Assembly (NCBI GenBank): GCA_965248445.1
Contig: CBDFJG010000003.1
Coordinates: forward strand, 960,001-1,024,000
Length of the DNA stretch: 64,000 bases
From: Planctomycetota bacterium
GTDB taxonomy: Bacteria > Planctomycetota > JAJSAM01 > JAJVHW01
Reading direction: 5' to 3'
Part shown: positions 19,497 to 28,018 of the stretch, one piece after another
Position numbering within the stretch: the first letter of the stretch is position 1
Layout: each line of letters begins with the position of its first letter
Translations under genes and position numbers: made by a program
Notes under the pieces: generated by a model
What the model saw: only the letters and a program-made list of their open reading frames with translations
Databases searched by the model: none
Told to the model about the DNA's origin: nothing

Positions 19497-20225
19497 ATGC
19501 GCAATTGGAAGACTTGGGGCGTGGGCGCCCTGGCTGCGGTCCTGGTGATCGCGATGCCCTCGGTACAGGCGTTCGCTCAGGATGCGGCAGACATCGACGC
19601 CGCGAACATGACGATCGGCAAGGTGATCGCGTGGGGCGGCATCGTCGGCGGCGTCATCATCCTGATGTCGATCGCGATGGTCGCTCTCGTCATCGAGCAC
19701 TTCGTCTCGATCAAGCGTGACAAGATCGTCCCGCCCGAGGTGGTGGACGAGCTCGAGACGCTGTTCGAGGAGGAGGAGTATCAGGAGGCTCTCGAGCTCT
19801 GCGAGAACGAGCCGAACTACCTGACCAACATGCTCTCCGCGGCCCTGCCGAAGCTGAACGCCGGCTTCGACGTCATGGAAGAGCAGCTCAGTGAGGCGGC
19901 GGCGCTCGAGGCCGTCAAGCTGCACACGAAGATCAGCTACCTATCGCTCATCGCGAACCTGGCGCCCATGATGGGCCTGTTCGGCACGGTGCTCGGCATG
20001 GTCGGCGCGTTCAACTCGATCGTGCGGCTCGGACCGGCCGTCACGCCGAAGGACCTCGCGTCCGGCGTGCAGCAGGCACTGATCACGACGCTGTTCGGAC
20101 TCGTCGTCGGTATCCCGGCGATCGCGTTCTTCTTCTTCTTCCGGAACAAGGTCATCCGGATCACCACCGAGATCAAGGCCATCGGCGAAGACATGATCGA
20201 GCGCTTCCGCCCGCAGGCCCGCTAG
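19497..20225 (+). CDS. MotA/TolQ/ExbB proton channel family protein
   Basis: APMMGLFGTVLGMV and GVQQALITTLFGLVVGIPA; TAAGGAG SD. Confidence 0.93.
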   Translation: MRNWKTWGVGALAAVLVIAMPSVQAFAQDAADIDAANMTIGKVIAWGGIVGGVIILMSIAMVALVIEHFVSIKRDKIVPPEVVDELETLFEEEEYQEALELCENEPNYLTNMLSAALPKLNAGFDVMEEQLSEAAALEAVKLHTKISYLSLIANLAPMMGLFGTVLGMVGAFNSIVRLGPAVTPKDLASGVQQALITTLFGLVVGIPAIAFFFFFRNKVIRITTEIKAIGEDMIERFRPQAR

Positions 20226-20237
20226 CAGGACTCCGCG

Positions 20238-20780
20238 ATGGCAAAGAAGAACCGAAAGAAGACCACCCTCGACGCCGCCAAGGAGGTCGAGGGCGGGGCC
20301 GAGACCGACATGACCCCGATGATCGACATCGTGTTCCAGCTGATCATCTTCTTCCTCGTTGCCAACGATCTGACCCGTAAGGAAGTCGAGGAGCTCAAGC
20401 TCCCGCAGGCGATCTACGGGAAGGAAGACCTGGCGAGCGAGAAGGACAAGCGCGTCATCATCAACATCCTCAAGCCGGACGACGTGGCGAACCCGCCCAA
20501 GGATCCGCTCGTGAAGGTGAAGGGCAAGCAGTACCAGCTCGACGATCTCAAACGGTACATGCGCACCATCGCCGACATGAAGCGCGAGGAAGGGCCGAAC
20601 TCGGCGAGCGCGATCTTCGTGCTCGTTCGCGCGGACAAGGACACGCCGTGGCAGCACGTTCAGTACGTGATGCAGGTGTGCGTCGACCCGACGGTGATGA
20701 TCTACAAGATGCAGTTCGCCACCACGAAGCGCGACGACGGCAAGGCCAGCTCGGCCGCCGAACTGAAGAAGCCAGAGTAG
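20238..20780 (+). CDS. ExbD/TolR family protein 1
   Basis: DMTPMIDIVFQLIIFFLV; VLVRADKDTPWQHVQYVM. Confidence 0.92.
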   Translation: MAKKNRKKTTLDAAKEVEGGAETDMTPMIDIVFQLIIFFLVANDLTRKEVEELKLPQAIYGKEDLASEKDKRVIINILKPDDVANPPKDPLVKVKGKQYQLDDLKRYMRTIADMKREEGPNSASAIFVLVRADKDTPWQHVQYVMQVCVDPTVMIYKMQFATTKRDDGKASSAAELKKPE

Positions 20781-20789
20781 GAGAACACC

Positions 20790-21314
20790 ATGGACGACGA
20801 CGATGACGGCATCGTGAAGCCGAACATGACACCCATGATCGATGTGGTGTTCCAGCTCCTGATCTTCTTCCTCGTCACGATGAAGTTCAAGACGCTCGAC
20901 ATGAAGATCGAGGCGTTCCTCCCGAAGGACGTGGGACTGGCGAAGACGCTGGCGACCCCCGAGGAGAAGCCGACGATCGTGGCGGTGCTCAAGCGCCGCG
21001 TCAGTGCCGGTGTCCTCGAGGCATCCACGCGTGTGAAGGTGTCGAACCAGCGCATCGGAACGAGCGCGGATCCCGCCACGTGGGACGTGCTCACGAAGAA
21101 GGCCGAGGAAACACTCAAGCGCTACATGGACAACGGCGGTGCACGCGAGGACGTCAAGGGTGAGGTCGATGCCTCGTCCCTGGTCCCGACGGGCGACGTC
21201 GTGCGCGCCGTGGACGCATTCATCGCAGCCGGTCTCCAGGACGTGACGTTCATCGGTACGCCCCCTCCGGGCTCGACGCTCGACAAGGTCCGCGACGCCG
21301 CCGGCGTTCGCTAG
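20790..21314 (+). CDS. ExbD/TolR family protein 2
   Basis: NMTPMIDVVFQLLIFFLVT; EVDASSLVPTGDVVRAVDAF...VTF. Confidence 0.9.
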   Translation: MDDDDDGIVKPNMTPMIDVVFQLLIFFLVTMKFKTLDMKIEAFLPKDVGLAKTLATPEEKPTIVAVLKRRVSAGVLEASTRVKVSNQRIGTSADPATWDVLTKKAEETLKRYMDNGGAREDVKGEVDASSLVPTGDVVRAVDAFIAAGLQDVTFIGTPPPGSTLDKVRDAAGVR

Positions 21315-21359
21315 CAGACAGACTCCAACTCCGACAACCCAGACTCCATCAGAACTGAC

Positions 21360-21390
21360 GCGGCGCCCCGGTGCGCATCCGGGGCGCCGC
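21360..21390 (+). terminator. GC-rich hairpin between the two ExbD pairs (no U tract)
   Basis: Perfect 12-bp stem GCGGCGCCCCGG/CCGGGGCGCCGC, 7-nt loop. Confidence 0.45.
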
Positions 21391-21453
21391 ACCTGCTCAC
21401 TGAAGCAAGGACGCCTGTCCGCACTCGAGCCTCCGAACCGGAGGTGACCGAGG

Positions 21454-21978
21454 TTGCAACGGACCTCGTCTCGCCGGACGAGACGTCGACGCGCCACGAA
21501 GGGCGCAACCGCCATCACGGCGCCACGCGTCGAGTTGACGCCACTGGTCGACATGACGTTCCAGATCCTCGTGTTCCTCATGGTCGTCAACGACCTGTCG
21601 GCCAAGGTGCACGAGGACGTTGAACTCCCACCGGCGGTCCACACGACGGAGGTCGCCCCTGACGACGGGACGGTCGTCGTCAACGTGCTGGCCCCCGACA
21701 CCGTGGATGCGGCGCCGCGCATCCGCATCGGCGGCCGGTCGCTCGATCTCGCCGAGCTGACCGCGGCACTGCGCACCGTGGCCGAGCTGCATCGACCCGT
21801 GACTGTCCAAGACGCGGAGACGCGCGCGTCGGTGCTCATCCGCGGAGACCGCGGCGCGCCGTGGCGGCATGTGCAACTCGTGCTGCAAGCGTGCGCCGAC
21901 CAGGACGTCCGCATCCGTCGCGTGCAGTTCGCGACCGAGAACCACGATCCCCCCGAACCAGGAGATGAACTCCGATGA
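21454..21978 (+). CDS. ExbD/TolR family protein 3 (paralogue of protein 1)
   Basis: ELTPLVDMTFQILVFLMVVNDL; VLIRGDRGAPWRHVQLVL...QFAT; GGAGGTG SD, TTG start. Confidence 0.88.
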   Translation: MQRTSSRRTRRRRATKGATAITAPRVELTPLVDMTFQILVFLMVVNDLSAKVHEDVELPPAVHTTEVAPDDGTVVVNVLAPDTVDAAPRIRIGGRSLDLAELTAALRTVAELHRPVTVQDAETRASVLIRGDRGAPWRHVQLVLQACADQDVRIRRVQFATENHDPPEPGDELR

Positions 21979-22466
21979 TCAACACCGCAGACGGCATCCC
22001 CCGCCCGAACATGACGCCGATGATCGACGTCGTGTTCCAGCTTCTGAGCTTCTTCCTCGTCACGATGAAGTTCAAGACGCTCGACATGAAGATCGAGGCC
22101 CACTTGCCGCGAGATCGCAGCATCGGCAATCCGATCCCGATCCACACGCCACCGGCGCCGAAGATCACCGCACGGCTGAGCGCAACGCAGCCCGGCGTCG
22201 TCCGCATCAAGGTCGGCCCGCGGACGATCGGCACGACCGCTGATGCAGACGTGTTCGACCGCCTCGCGGATGCCGCGCGCGCAGTCCGGGCGCGGCACGT
22301 CTCGTTCGGCGGTGACCCCGACCAGATCGAGGCGGAGATCGACGCGTCGAGGCTCGTGCCGACCGGCGCCGTCATCGCGGCCATCGACGCATTCACCGCG
22401 GCGGACATGACGAAGGTGACCTTCGTCGGAACCCCCCTCGCCTCCGCGGCACCCAGAGACAACTAG
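21975..22466 (+). CDS. ExbD/TolR family protein 4 (paralogue of protein 2)
   Basis: PNMTPMIDVVFQLLSFFLVTMKFKTLDMKIEA; EIDASRLVPTG...VTFVGTP; ATGA overlap. Confidence 0.88.
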   Translation: MINTADGIPRPNMTPMIDVVFQLLSFFLVTMKFKTLDMKIEAHLPRDRSIGNPIPIHTPPAPKITARLSATQPGVVRIKVGPRTIGTTADADVFDRLADAARAVRARHVSFGGDPDQIEAEIDASRLVPTGAVIAAIDAFTAADMTKVTFVGTPLASAAPRDN

Positions 22467-22578
22467 CCCGCCTTCGAGGGGCGATCGCACCTGGGGGGCG
22501 CGCCACCGCGGCGCGTCCCCGTCCTGCGCCGGTCCGGCGCCGCGACCGGCCGGTGACGCGGACTCGTAGACTCCCGGC

Positions 22579-24435
22579 GTGCAACGTGCCGGACGCCTGC
22601 TGGTCATCGGTCTCGTGGCGCTGGGGGTCGGGCTCACGGCGCTGGCGGTCCACCTGCGTCGTGAACGCGCGCCGCGGTCGGTTGTGCTCGTCACGATCGA
22701 CACGCTGCGGGCCGACCGCGTAGGGGCGTTCGGGTCGACGGCCGGCCTGACTCCCCGCCTCGATGCGCTGGCCGCCCGCGGCGTGCGCTTCACCGAGTGC
22801 TGGACGACCGCGCCGCTGACCGTGCCCGCCCACGCCAGCATGCTCACCGGCCTGATCCCGCCGCTGCACGGCCTGCGCACGAACTCGGGCGGGCGTCTGC
22901 CGGAGCCGGGCGCGCGTCCGTATTCGACCGTTGCAGAACTGCTGCGCACCGCGGGCTACCGCACCGGCGCGTTCGTGTCGGCGTCGGTGCTGCGCGACGA
23001 CCGCACCGGACTCGGGTCGGGCTTCGACGTGTACGACGAGCCGCCGCCGGCCGCCCCCGGTTCGCTTCACGACAGTGAACGTCTAGGAACCGAAACGGTG
23101 GCGGCAGCACTCGACTGGGTGCGGCAGGCAGACGGCGACTTCCTGCTCTGGGTCCACCTCTTCGATCCGCACGCTCCGTACGCGCCCCCCGAGCCGTACT
23201 CCGTGGGAGAGGAGCACAGCGCGGACGCAACCGGCTACGACGCCGAGGTACGGTTCGCGGACCACGCCCTCGGACAGCTGCTCGACGGTCTGGCCGCGGC
23301 GGGTCACGGGGACGCGGCGATCGTGGTGGCCTCCGATCACGGAGAGGGGCTGGGTCAGCACGGCGAACGGACGCACGGGTACCTGCTGCACCAGGCCACG
23401 TTGCACGTGCCGGTCGTCATCGCTGCTCCCGGCCGAGTCGGAGAGGGCGCACAGCGGGACGAGCCGTCGTCGGTGATCGACCTCGCCCCGACTCTGGTCT
23501 CGCTGGCCGACGTCTCGATCCCGCCGACGATGGACGGGCGGCCGCTCTTCGCCGGGGGCGCCGAGCGCATGCGCCGGGCACCGTACGCAGAGTCCCTCTA
23601 CGGATGGGACGCCTGCCGCTGGGCGCAGGTCTTCGCACTGCGCGACGGCGATCTCAAGGCAGTGGATGCCGGGGAGAGGACACTTGCCATCGATCTCGCA
23701 GCGGACCCGTCAGACGACGAGCCCCGGGTGGTCGGACTCGCGCCGGACGATCCGGAGGACCCGGCGCACCTGCTGGTCACGGGCCCGCTGCGCCGCGCGG
23801 CCGCCCGGGCTCCGCTCGCGGCGCCGGGCGATCGTCAGGCCGATCTGACAGGAGGGTCCTACTGGACCGGCGGCGGAGCGTCCCCGACCGTGCTGTCCCG
23901 CGAGGAGAATGCCCGGCTGCCGAGCCCGTACGACCGCATGGAGATCCTGCGGGAGATGGACCGCGGCCGCTCATTGCTCGCAAGACCCGGGCTCGCGACC
24001 GAGGCCGTGTTCGTCTTCGCGGGAGTGCGGAAAGCCGACCCGGGCAACCCACAGGCGGCCTTCTGGCACGGGCGCGCGCTCGAGAGGATTGTGGTGCTCG
24101 GCGCCCTCCCGCTGGCCGCCGAGGCGTACCGGGACGCCTTCGAGGCCGGCCTCACCACGGCCGACTGCGTGGCGAAAGCGCTCCAGGCCGGGTACCGGGC
24201 CGCCACCGAGCAGGGCGCCGAGGACGAGGTTGCGGCCGGTCTCGCCTTCCTCGAGACCGCGCTGGGACGGGGGGTGCGCGCCAACGGGGCGGTCTGGATC
24301 TTCGCCGCCCTGTTGTCCATCGAGGGGGGCGATCGGACGGCGGCCGCGGAGGCCCTCCAGAGGGCCGAATCGGAGCCGCGAACGGAGTGGCTGGAGGATG
24401 CCCTGGACGGCGTCCGGCACCGACTCTCGGAGTGA
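22579..24435 (+). CDS. Membrane-anchored alkaline-phosphatase-superfamily (sulfatase-like) enzyme with C-terminal TPRs
   Basis: N-terminal TM, VLVTIDTLRAD, PLTVPAHASMLTG, WVHLFDPHAPY, VASDHGE, LHVP; TPR-like tail. Confidence 0.85.
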   Translation: MQRAGRLLVIGLVALGVGLTALAVHLRRERAPRSVVLVTIDTLRADRVGAFGSTAGLTPRLDALAARGVRFTECWTTAPLTVPAHASMLTGLIPPLHGLRTNSGGRLPEPGARPYSTVAELLRTAGYRTGAFVSASVLRDDRTGLGSGFDVYDEPPPAAPGSLHDSERLGTETVAAALDWVRQADGDFLLWVHLFDPHAPYAPPEPYSVGEEHSADATGYDAEVRFADHALGQLLDGLAAAGHGDAAIVVASDHGEGLGQHGERTHGYLLHQATLHVPVVIAAPGRVGEGAQRDEPSSVIDLAPTLVSLADVSIPPTMDGRPLFAGGAERMRRAPYAESLYGWDACRWAQVFALRDGDLKAVDAGERTLAIDLAADPSDDEPRVVGLAPDDPEDPAHLLVTGPLRRAAARAPLAAPGDRQADLTGGSYWTGGGASPTVLSREENARLPSPYDRMEILREMDRGRSLLARPGLATEAVFVFAGVRKADPGNPQAAFWHGRALERIVVLGALPLAAEAYRDAFEAGLTTADCVAKALQAGYRAATEQGAEDEVAAGLAFLETALGRGVRANGAVWIFAALLSIEGGDRTAAAEALQRAESEPRTEWLEDALDGVRHRLSE

Positions 24436-24541
24436 CGTCCGGGGACGGTCACAAGGCCTTCTCCACACTGCACTTCCGGCAGCCTGGCCGAGCGTGACAG
24501 AGGGGTGACCCCCGCCGCCTCTCATGCGCTCGAAACATTGG

Positions 24542-24571
24542 TTGACCCAGTGCTCCGCACGTCGCTAGCAT
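24542..24571 (+). promoter_or_regulatory. Candidate sigma70 promoter for secretin B
   Basis: TTGACC-N18-TAGCAT about 210 nt upstream of the ATG. Confidence 0.35.
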
Positions 24572-24675
24572 CCGCCCCTTGATCCCTTCATTGGGGCACG
24601 GCCCACGCGGTAGGTGTGCGGTCGGAGCATGGGTATGGGAATTCCTCCGGGGCGGCGCTCGCCGCGGCGGGAACA

Positions 24676-24786
24676 AGGGCATGAGAACGAGGGCATGAAG
24701 CCGCTCAGGGCATGAGCGGCAGGCGAAGAGACCGCGACCGCGTGTCGCACTCGTCGTCACCTCAACGGGAAGGCAACTACCGATGA
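24676..24786 (+). promoter_or_regulatory. Leader with three AGGGCATGA repeats forming ATGA-coupled short uORFs
   Basis: Repeats at 24676, 24690 and 24707; uORFs 24681-24698, 24695-24715 and 24712-24786, the last overlapping the secretin ATG at 24783. Confidence 0.5.
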
Positions 24787-27700
24787 ACGACTCCCGCACT
24801 CGCATCCTCACACTTGCCGCCACCTTGGCGACGGTCGGGATCTTCGTCTCGGCCGCGTCCTGCACGGGTCCGGTTCGCAAGTCTTCGAAGGGAAGCGAGA
24901 CGTCGAGCAAGACGACCGGCCCCGCGCTGGTCAAGGGCGACAAGACGGTTGCAGCACCGACTGCGTCCGGGGGCGTCACCACGAGTGGTGCCGGCGGCGC
25001 GTCCGTCTCCGGCTCGGCTGGTGGCGTCACGGCCGCGCGCGCACCGGTCGCCTCCGCCCACACGTCCGCCGTCGTCGTGGACCGCACCGGCGCGCCGTTG
25101 CCGCCGCCCGTGCGCCCGCGTGGGACGCAGCCCGCGCCCGCCCCGCGCACGGTGCCCGCTCCGCGCACGGCGCCGGCATCCACGGCCACGGCGAGCACCG
25201 GTGGTTCGAGCCGGCCCGCCCCGCTTCCCCCGCCGCGCACGACGGGACTGCCGGCGCCTCCGCCGCCCCCGGTCGCCGGACAGGGCGGACGCGCTCCGGC
25301 CCCGCGCGCTCCGGCCCCGACCGCGACCGCGCCCGCCCCCACCGCCAGCACCGCCGGCGCGCAGTCCGAGGCCGATCGCCTGCTGACGGCACGCATCGAA
25401 GAGCTCGAGCTCGAACGCCAGAAGAACGCGATCCTCGTCGAGGACTACCTCGAGCACGCCCGCGACTCCGCGGCGAGCCACGATCACGAGGCGACCAGTG
25501 ACTGGTCACGCAAGGCGCTCGACCTCGATCACGACAACGCCGAGGCCGAGGCGCTCCTGCGCACCGCGCGCTCGGCGCTGGGTGATCGCGACGCCGAGAT
25601 CAAGAGCCTCTCGGACATCCTGCACGAGACGAAGACCGTCAAGCGCGAACAGCAGACGTTCGACGTGCAGCGCTACTGGACCACCGGCATGGAGGCGAAG
25701 GCCGAGGGCAACTTCGCCGAGGCCGAGCACAACCTGGAGCTCGCGCATCTGATCGTCCTGCACGACCCGAACGGCGTCGACTGGAAAACGATGAAGCGCG
25801 ACATCGAGCGCGAGCTCGAAGAGGTGCGCGATCTCAAGGCCACCGCCGAGAAGGGCGAGCGCGCCCGCGAGGCGCGTTCGGCGTACATGCGCGTCAAGGA
25901 AGAGGAGGCCAAGCGCCGCCTCGCCGAGGTCGAGAAGCGCAACGCGCTCTTCGAGTCCGCCATGTCCGCGTTCGAGAACGAGGAGTGGGCGCGCGCCGAG
26001 ACGATGCTCGAGGACTACCTCGACATGGTGCCCGGCGACACGAACGCGCAGCAGTTGCTCGCCACGTCGCGTCGCGCCAAGCACCAACGCGCGTCGGACG
26101 ACTCGCTGGCCCTGCAGCGTGAACGCTTCCGCGAGTGGCGTCTCGAGATGAAAGAGACGACCATCCCGTACCACAAGATCTTGACGTGGCCGTCCCAGCA
26201 GCACTGGGACCGCATCACCGAGCTGCGCGCCGGCGCCGGTGTCATCGATCAGGTCGAGTCCGACTCTCCGGACACCGCGTCCACGAAGAACAAGCTGCGC
26301 AGCGAGCGCGTCAGCTTCCAGTTCCAGGGCGCAGAGTTCAACGAGGTCATCCGCTACATCGCGGACACCCGCCAGGTGAACATCGTTGTGGACAGCCAGG
26401 TCGCACCCGACCTCGAGGCCGTCCCCATCACGCTGACCCTGAACGACGTCACGATCGAAGAGGCGCTCGGCACGCTGAACCGCATCGCCGGCGACCTGAC
26501 CTACGTCGTGCGCGGCACGGTGGTCTTCATCACGAAGCCCGAGTTCGCCCGCGAGGCCCCGATCGTCCAGGTGCACTCGGTCGGTGACCTGACCGTCGCA
26601 CTCACGAATTTCATCGCGCCCAACCTGCAGCTGCTGCCGGCCGGCGCCGAAGAGGACGAAGAGAACCCGCGCTTCGGCGCGTCGACCGAGGGCGTCTCGT
26701 CCTTCGGCGGTGCCGAGGACCTGATCGCGCTGATCACCAACAACGTTGCTGATCCGGACTATTGGACGGAAGAGGGCATCAGCATCGCGGCCAGTGGCGA
26801 GGACAAACTCGTCGTCGTCGCGGAGCCCGGTGCGCAGCGCCAGGTCGCTTCGTTCCTCGACGACCTCCGCGCCTTCGCCGGCCTGGTGGTCACCATCGAG
26901 ACGCGCTTCCTGACCGTGACCGACAACTTCATCCAGGATGTCGGCATCGACATCCGGGGCATCGGTGGCGCAGGTGGCTCGTCGCCGCCCGTCATGGCGC
27001 TGCTCGACGACGTCACGAACGGTCTGCTCAACAACGCCTCCGGCGGTTTTGACAACAGCGGCGTCGGCCTGCCGGCCAACGCGAGCGCGAAGCCTAGTTC
27101 GGGCGCGTTCTTCAACAACGGTTCGGACGGCGACTACCGCACGCGGACCGAAAACGTGTTCGACCGCTCGCTCGGCACCAACATCACCAACGTCGGTGGT
27201 GCGTTGATCCAGTACACGCTGATCGACGACACCAACCTGTCGCTGATCCTGCGGGCAGTCGAGAAGAGCCAGGAGGGCCGTGTCCTCCAGGCCCCGAGCG
27301 TCACCGTGTTCAACACGCAGCGCGCCAACATCACGCTGATCAACCAGCTCACCTTCATTCAGGACTTCGACGTCGAGGTCGCGCAGACCGCGTTCATCGC
27401 GGACCCGATCATCGGCATCATCCAGGACGGCCTCGTCCTGGACGTCCAGCCCACGGTGAGCCACGACCGCAAGTACATCACGCTCCAGCTTCGGCCCACG
27501 ATCGCCAACCTGGTGCGCCCGATCCCGACGTTCACGACGTCGCTCGGCGCGTTCACCACGGCTGTCACGATCCAGATCCCGGAGTTGCAGGTGCAGCGCG
27601 CGTCCACGACCGTGCGCGTCCCGGACGGCGGCACCCTGCTGCTCGGCGGCCTGAAGAACATCCGCCAGCAGGATCTCAAGTCGGAGACGCCTTGGATCTC

Positions 27701-27827
27701 GAGCATCCCGTTCGTCTCGTTCTTCTTCAGCCGTAAGGGCACTGCAGAGGAGATGGACAACCTGATGGTGATCGTGAAAGCCACCATCACCGACCTGCAG
27801 GAGCAGGAGACCCGCTTCCGCCGCTAG
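24783..27827 (+). CDS. Lipoprotein secretin B with Pro/Thr/Ala-rich linker and TPR region
   Basis: Lipobox-like AASC; about 170-aa low-complexity linker; secretin core VTIETRF...LQAPSVTVFNTQRA...VRVPDGGTLLLGGL...PWISSIPFVSFFF...NLMVIVKATI. Confidence 0.87.
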   Translation: MNDSRTRILTLAATLATVGIFVSAASCTGPVRKSSKGSETSSKTTGPALVKGDKTVAAPTASGGVTTSGAGGASVSGSAGGVTAARAPVASAHTSAVVVDRTGAPLPPPVRPRGTQPAPAPRTVPAPRTAPASTATASTGGSSRPAPLPPPRTTGLPAPPPPPVAGQGGRAPAPRAPAPTATAPAPTASTAGAQSEADRLLTARIEELELERQKNAILVEDYLEHARDSAASHDHEATSDWSRKALDLDHDNAEAEALLRTARSALGDRDAEIKSLSDILHETKTVKREQQTFDVQRYWTTGMEAKAEGNFAEAEHNLELAHLIVLHDPNGVDWKTMKRDIERELEEVRDLKATAEKGERAREARSAYMRVKEEEAKRRLAEVEKRNALFESAMSAFENEEWARAETMLEDYLDMVPGDTNAQQLLATSRRAKHQRASDDSLALQRERFREWRLEMKETTIPYHKILTWPSQQHWDRITELRAGAGVIDQVESDSPDTASTKNKLRSERVSFQFQGAEFNEVIRYIADTRQVNIVVDSQVAPDLEAVPITLTLNDVTIEEALGTLNRIAGDLTYVVRGTVVFITKPEFAREAPIVQVHSVGDLTVALTNFIAPNLQLLPAGAEEDEENPRFGASTEGVSSFGGAEDLIALITNNVADPDYWTEEGISIAASGEDKLVVVAEPGAQRQVASFLDDLRAFAGLVVTIETRFLTVTDNFIQDVGIDIRGIGGAGGSSPPVMALLDDVTNGLLNNASGGFDNSGVGLPANASAKPSSGAFFNNGSDGDYRTRTENVFDRSLGTNITNVGGALIQYTLIDDTNLSLILRAVEKSQEGRVLQAPSVTVFNTQRANITLINQLTFIQDFDVEVAQTAFIADPIIGIIQDGLVLDVQPTVSHDRKYITLQLRPTIANLVRPIPTFTTSLGAFTTAVTIQIPELQVQRASTTVRVPDGGTLLLGGLKNIRQQDLKSETPWISSIPFVSFFFSRKGTAEEMDNLMVIVKATITDLQEQETRFRR

Positions 27828-27852
27828 CGCTCGAGCGACAGACAATCACCTG

Positions 27853-27889
27853 GCGCCCCGGTCTCACTGGAGGCCGGGGCGCTTTGATT
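27853..27889 (+). terminator. Intrinsic terminator after secretin B
   Basis: 13-bp stem GCGCCCCGGTCTC-ACTG-GAGGCCGGGGCGC (one G-U) followed by TTTGATT. Confidence 0.7.
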
Positions 27890-28018
27890 CGGCGCTCACC
27901 GGTGGCATGTCGGACGCGGGCGCTGTCGCGCCTCCTGAATTGCGCGGTTGAATCCGTGCGCGGACAACCGACACTAGATGAAGCGGTCGCGCACTTCTGC
28001 GCGCGGCCGGACCAATCC

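Noticed and set aside
19497..22466. Canonical Tol-Pal or TonB-ExbBD operon
   Set aside because: No tolA, tolB, pal, tonB or TonB-dependent receptor nearby; kept at family level only
19941..22949. 1002-aa minus-strand ORF
   Set aside because: Antisense shadow of the exbB/exbD genes; Arg/Gly-rich, no motifs; expected in high-GC DNA
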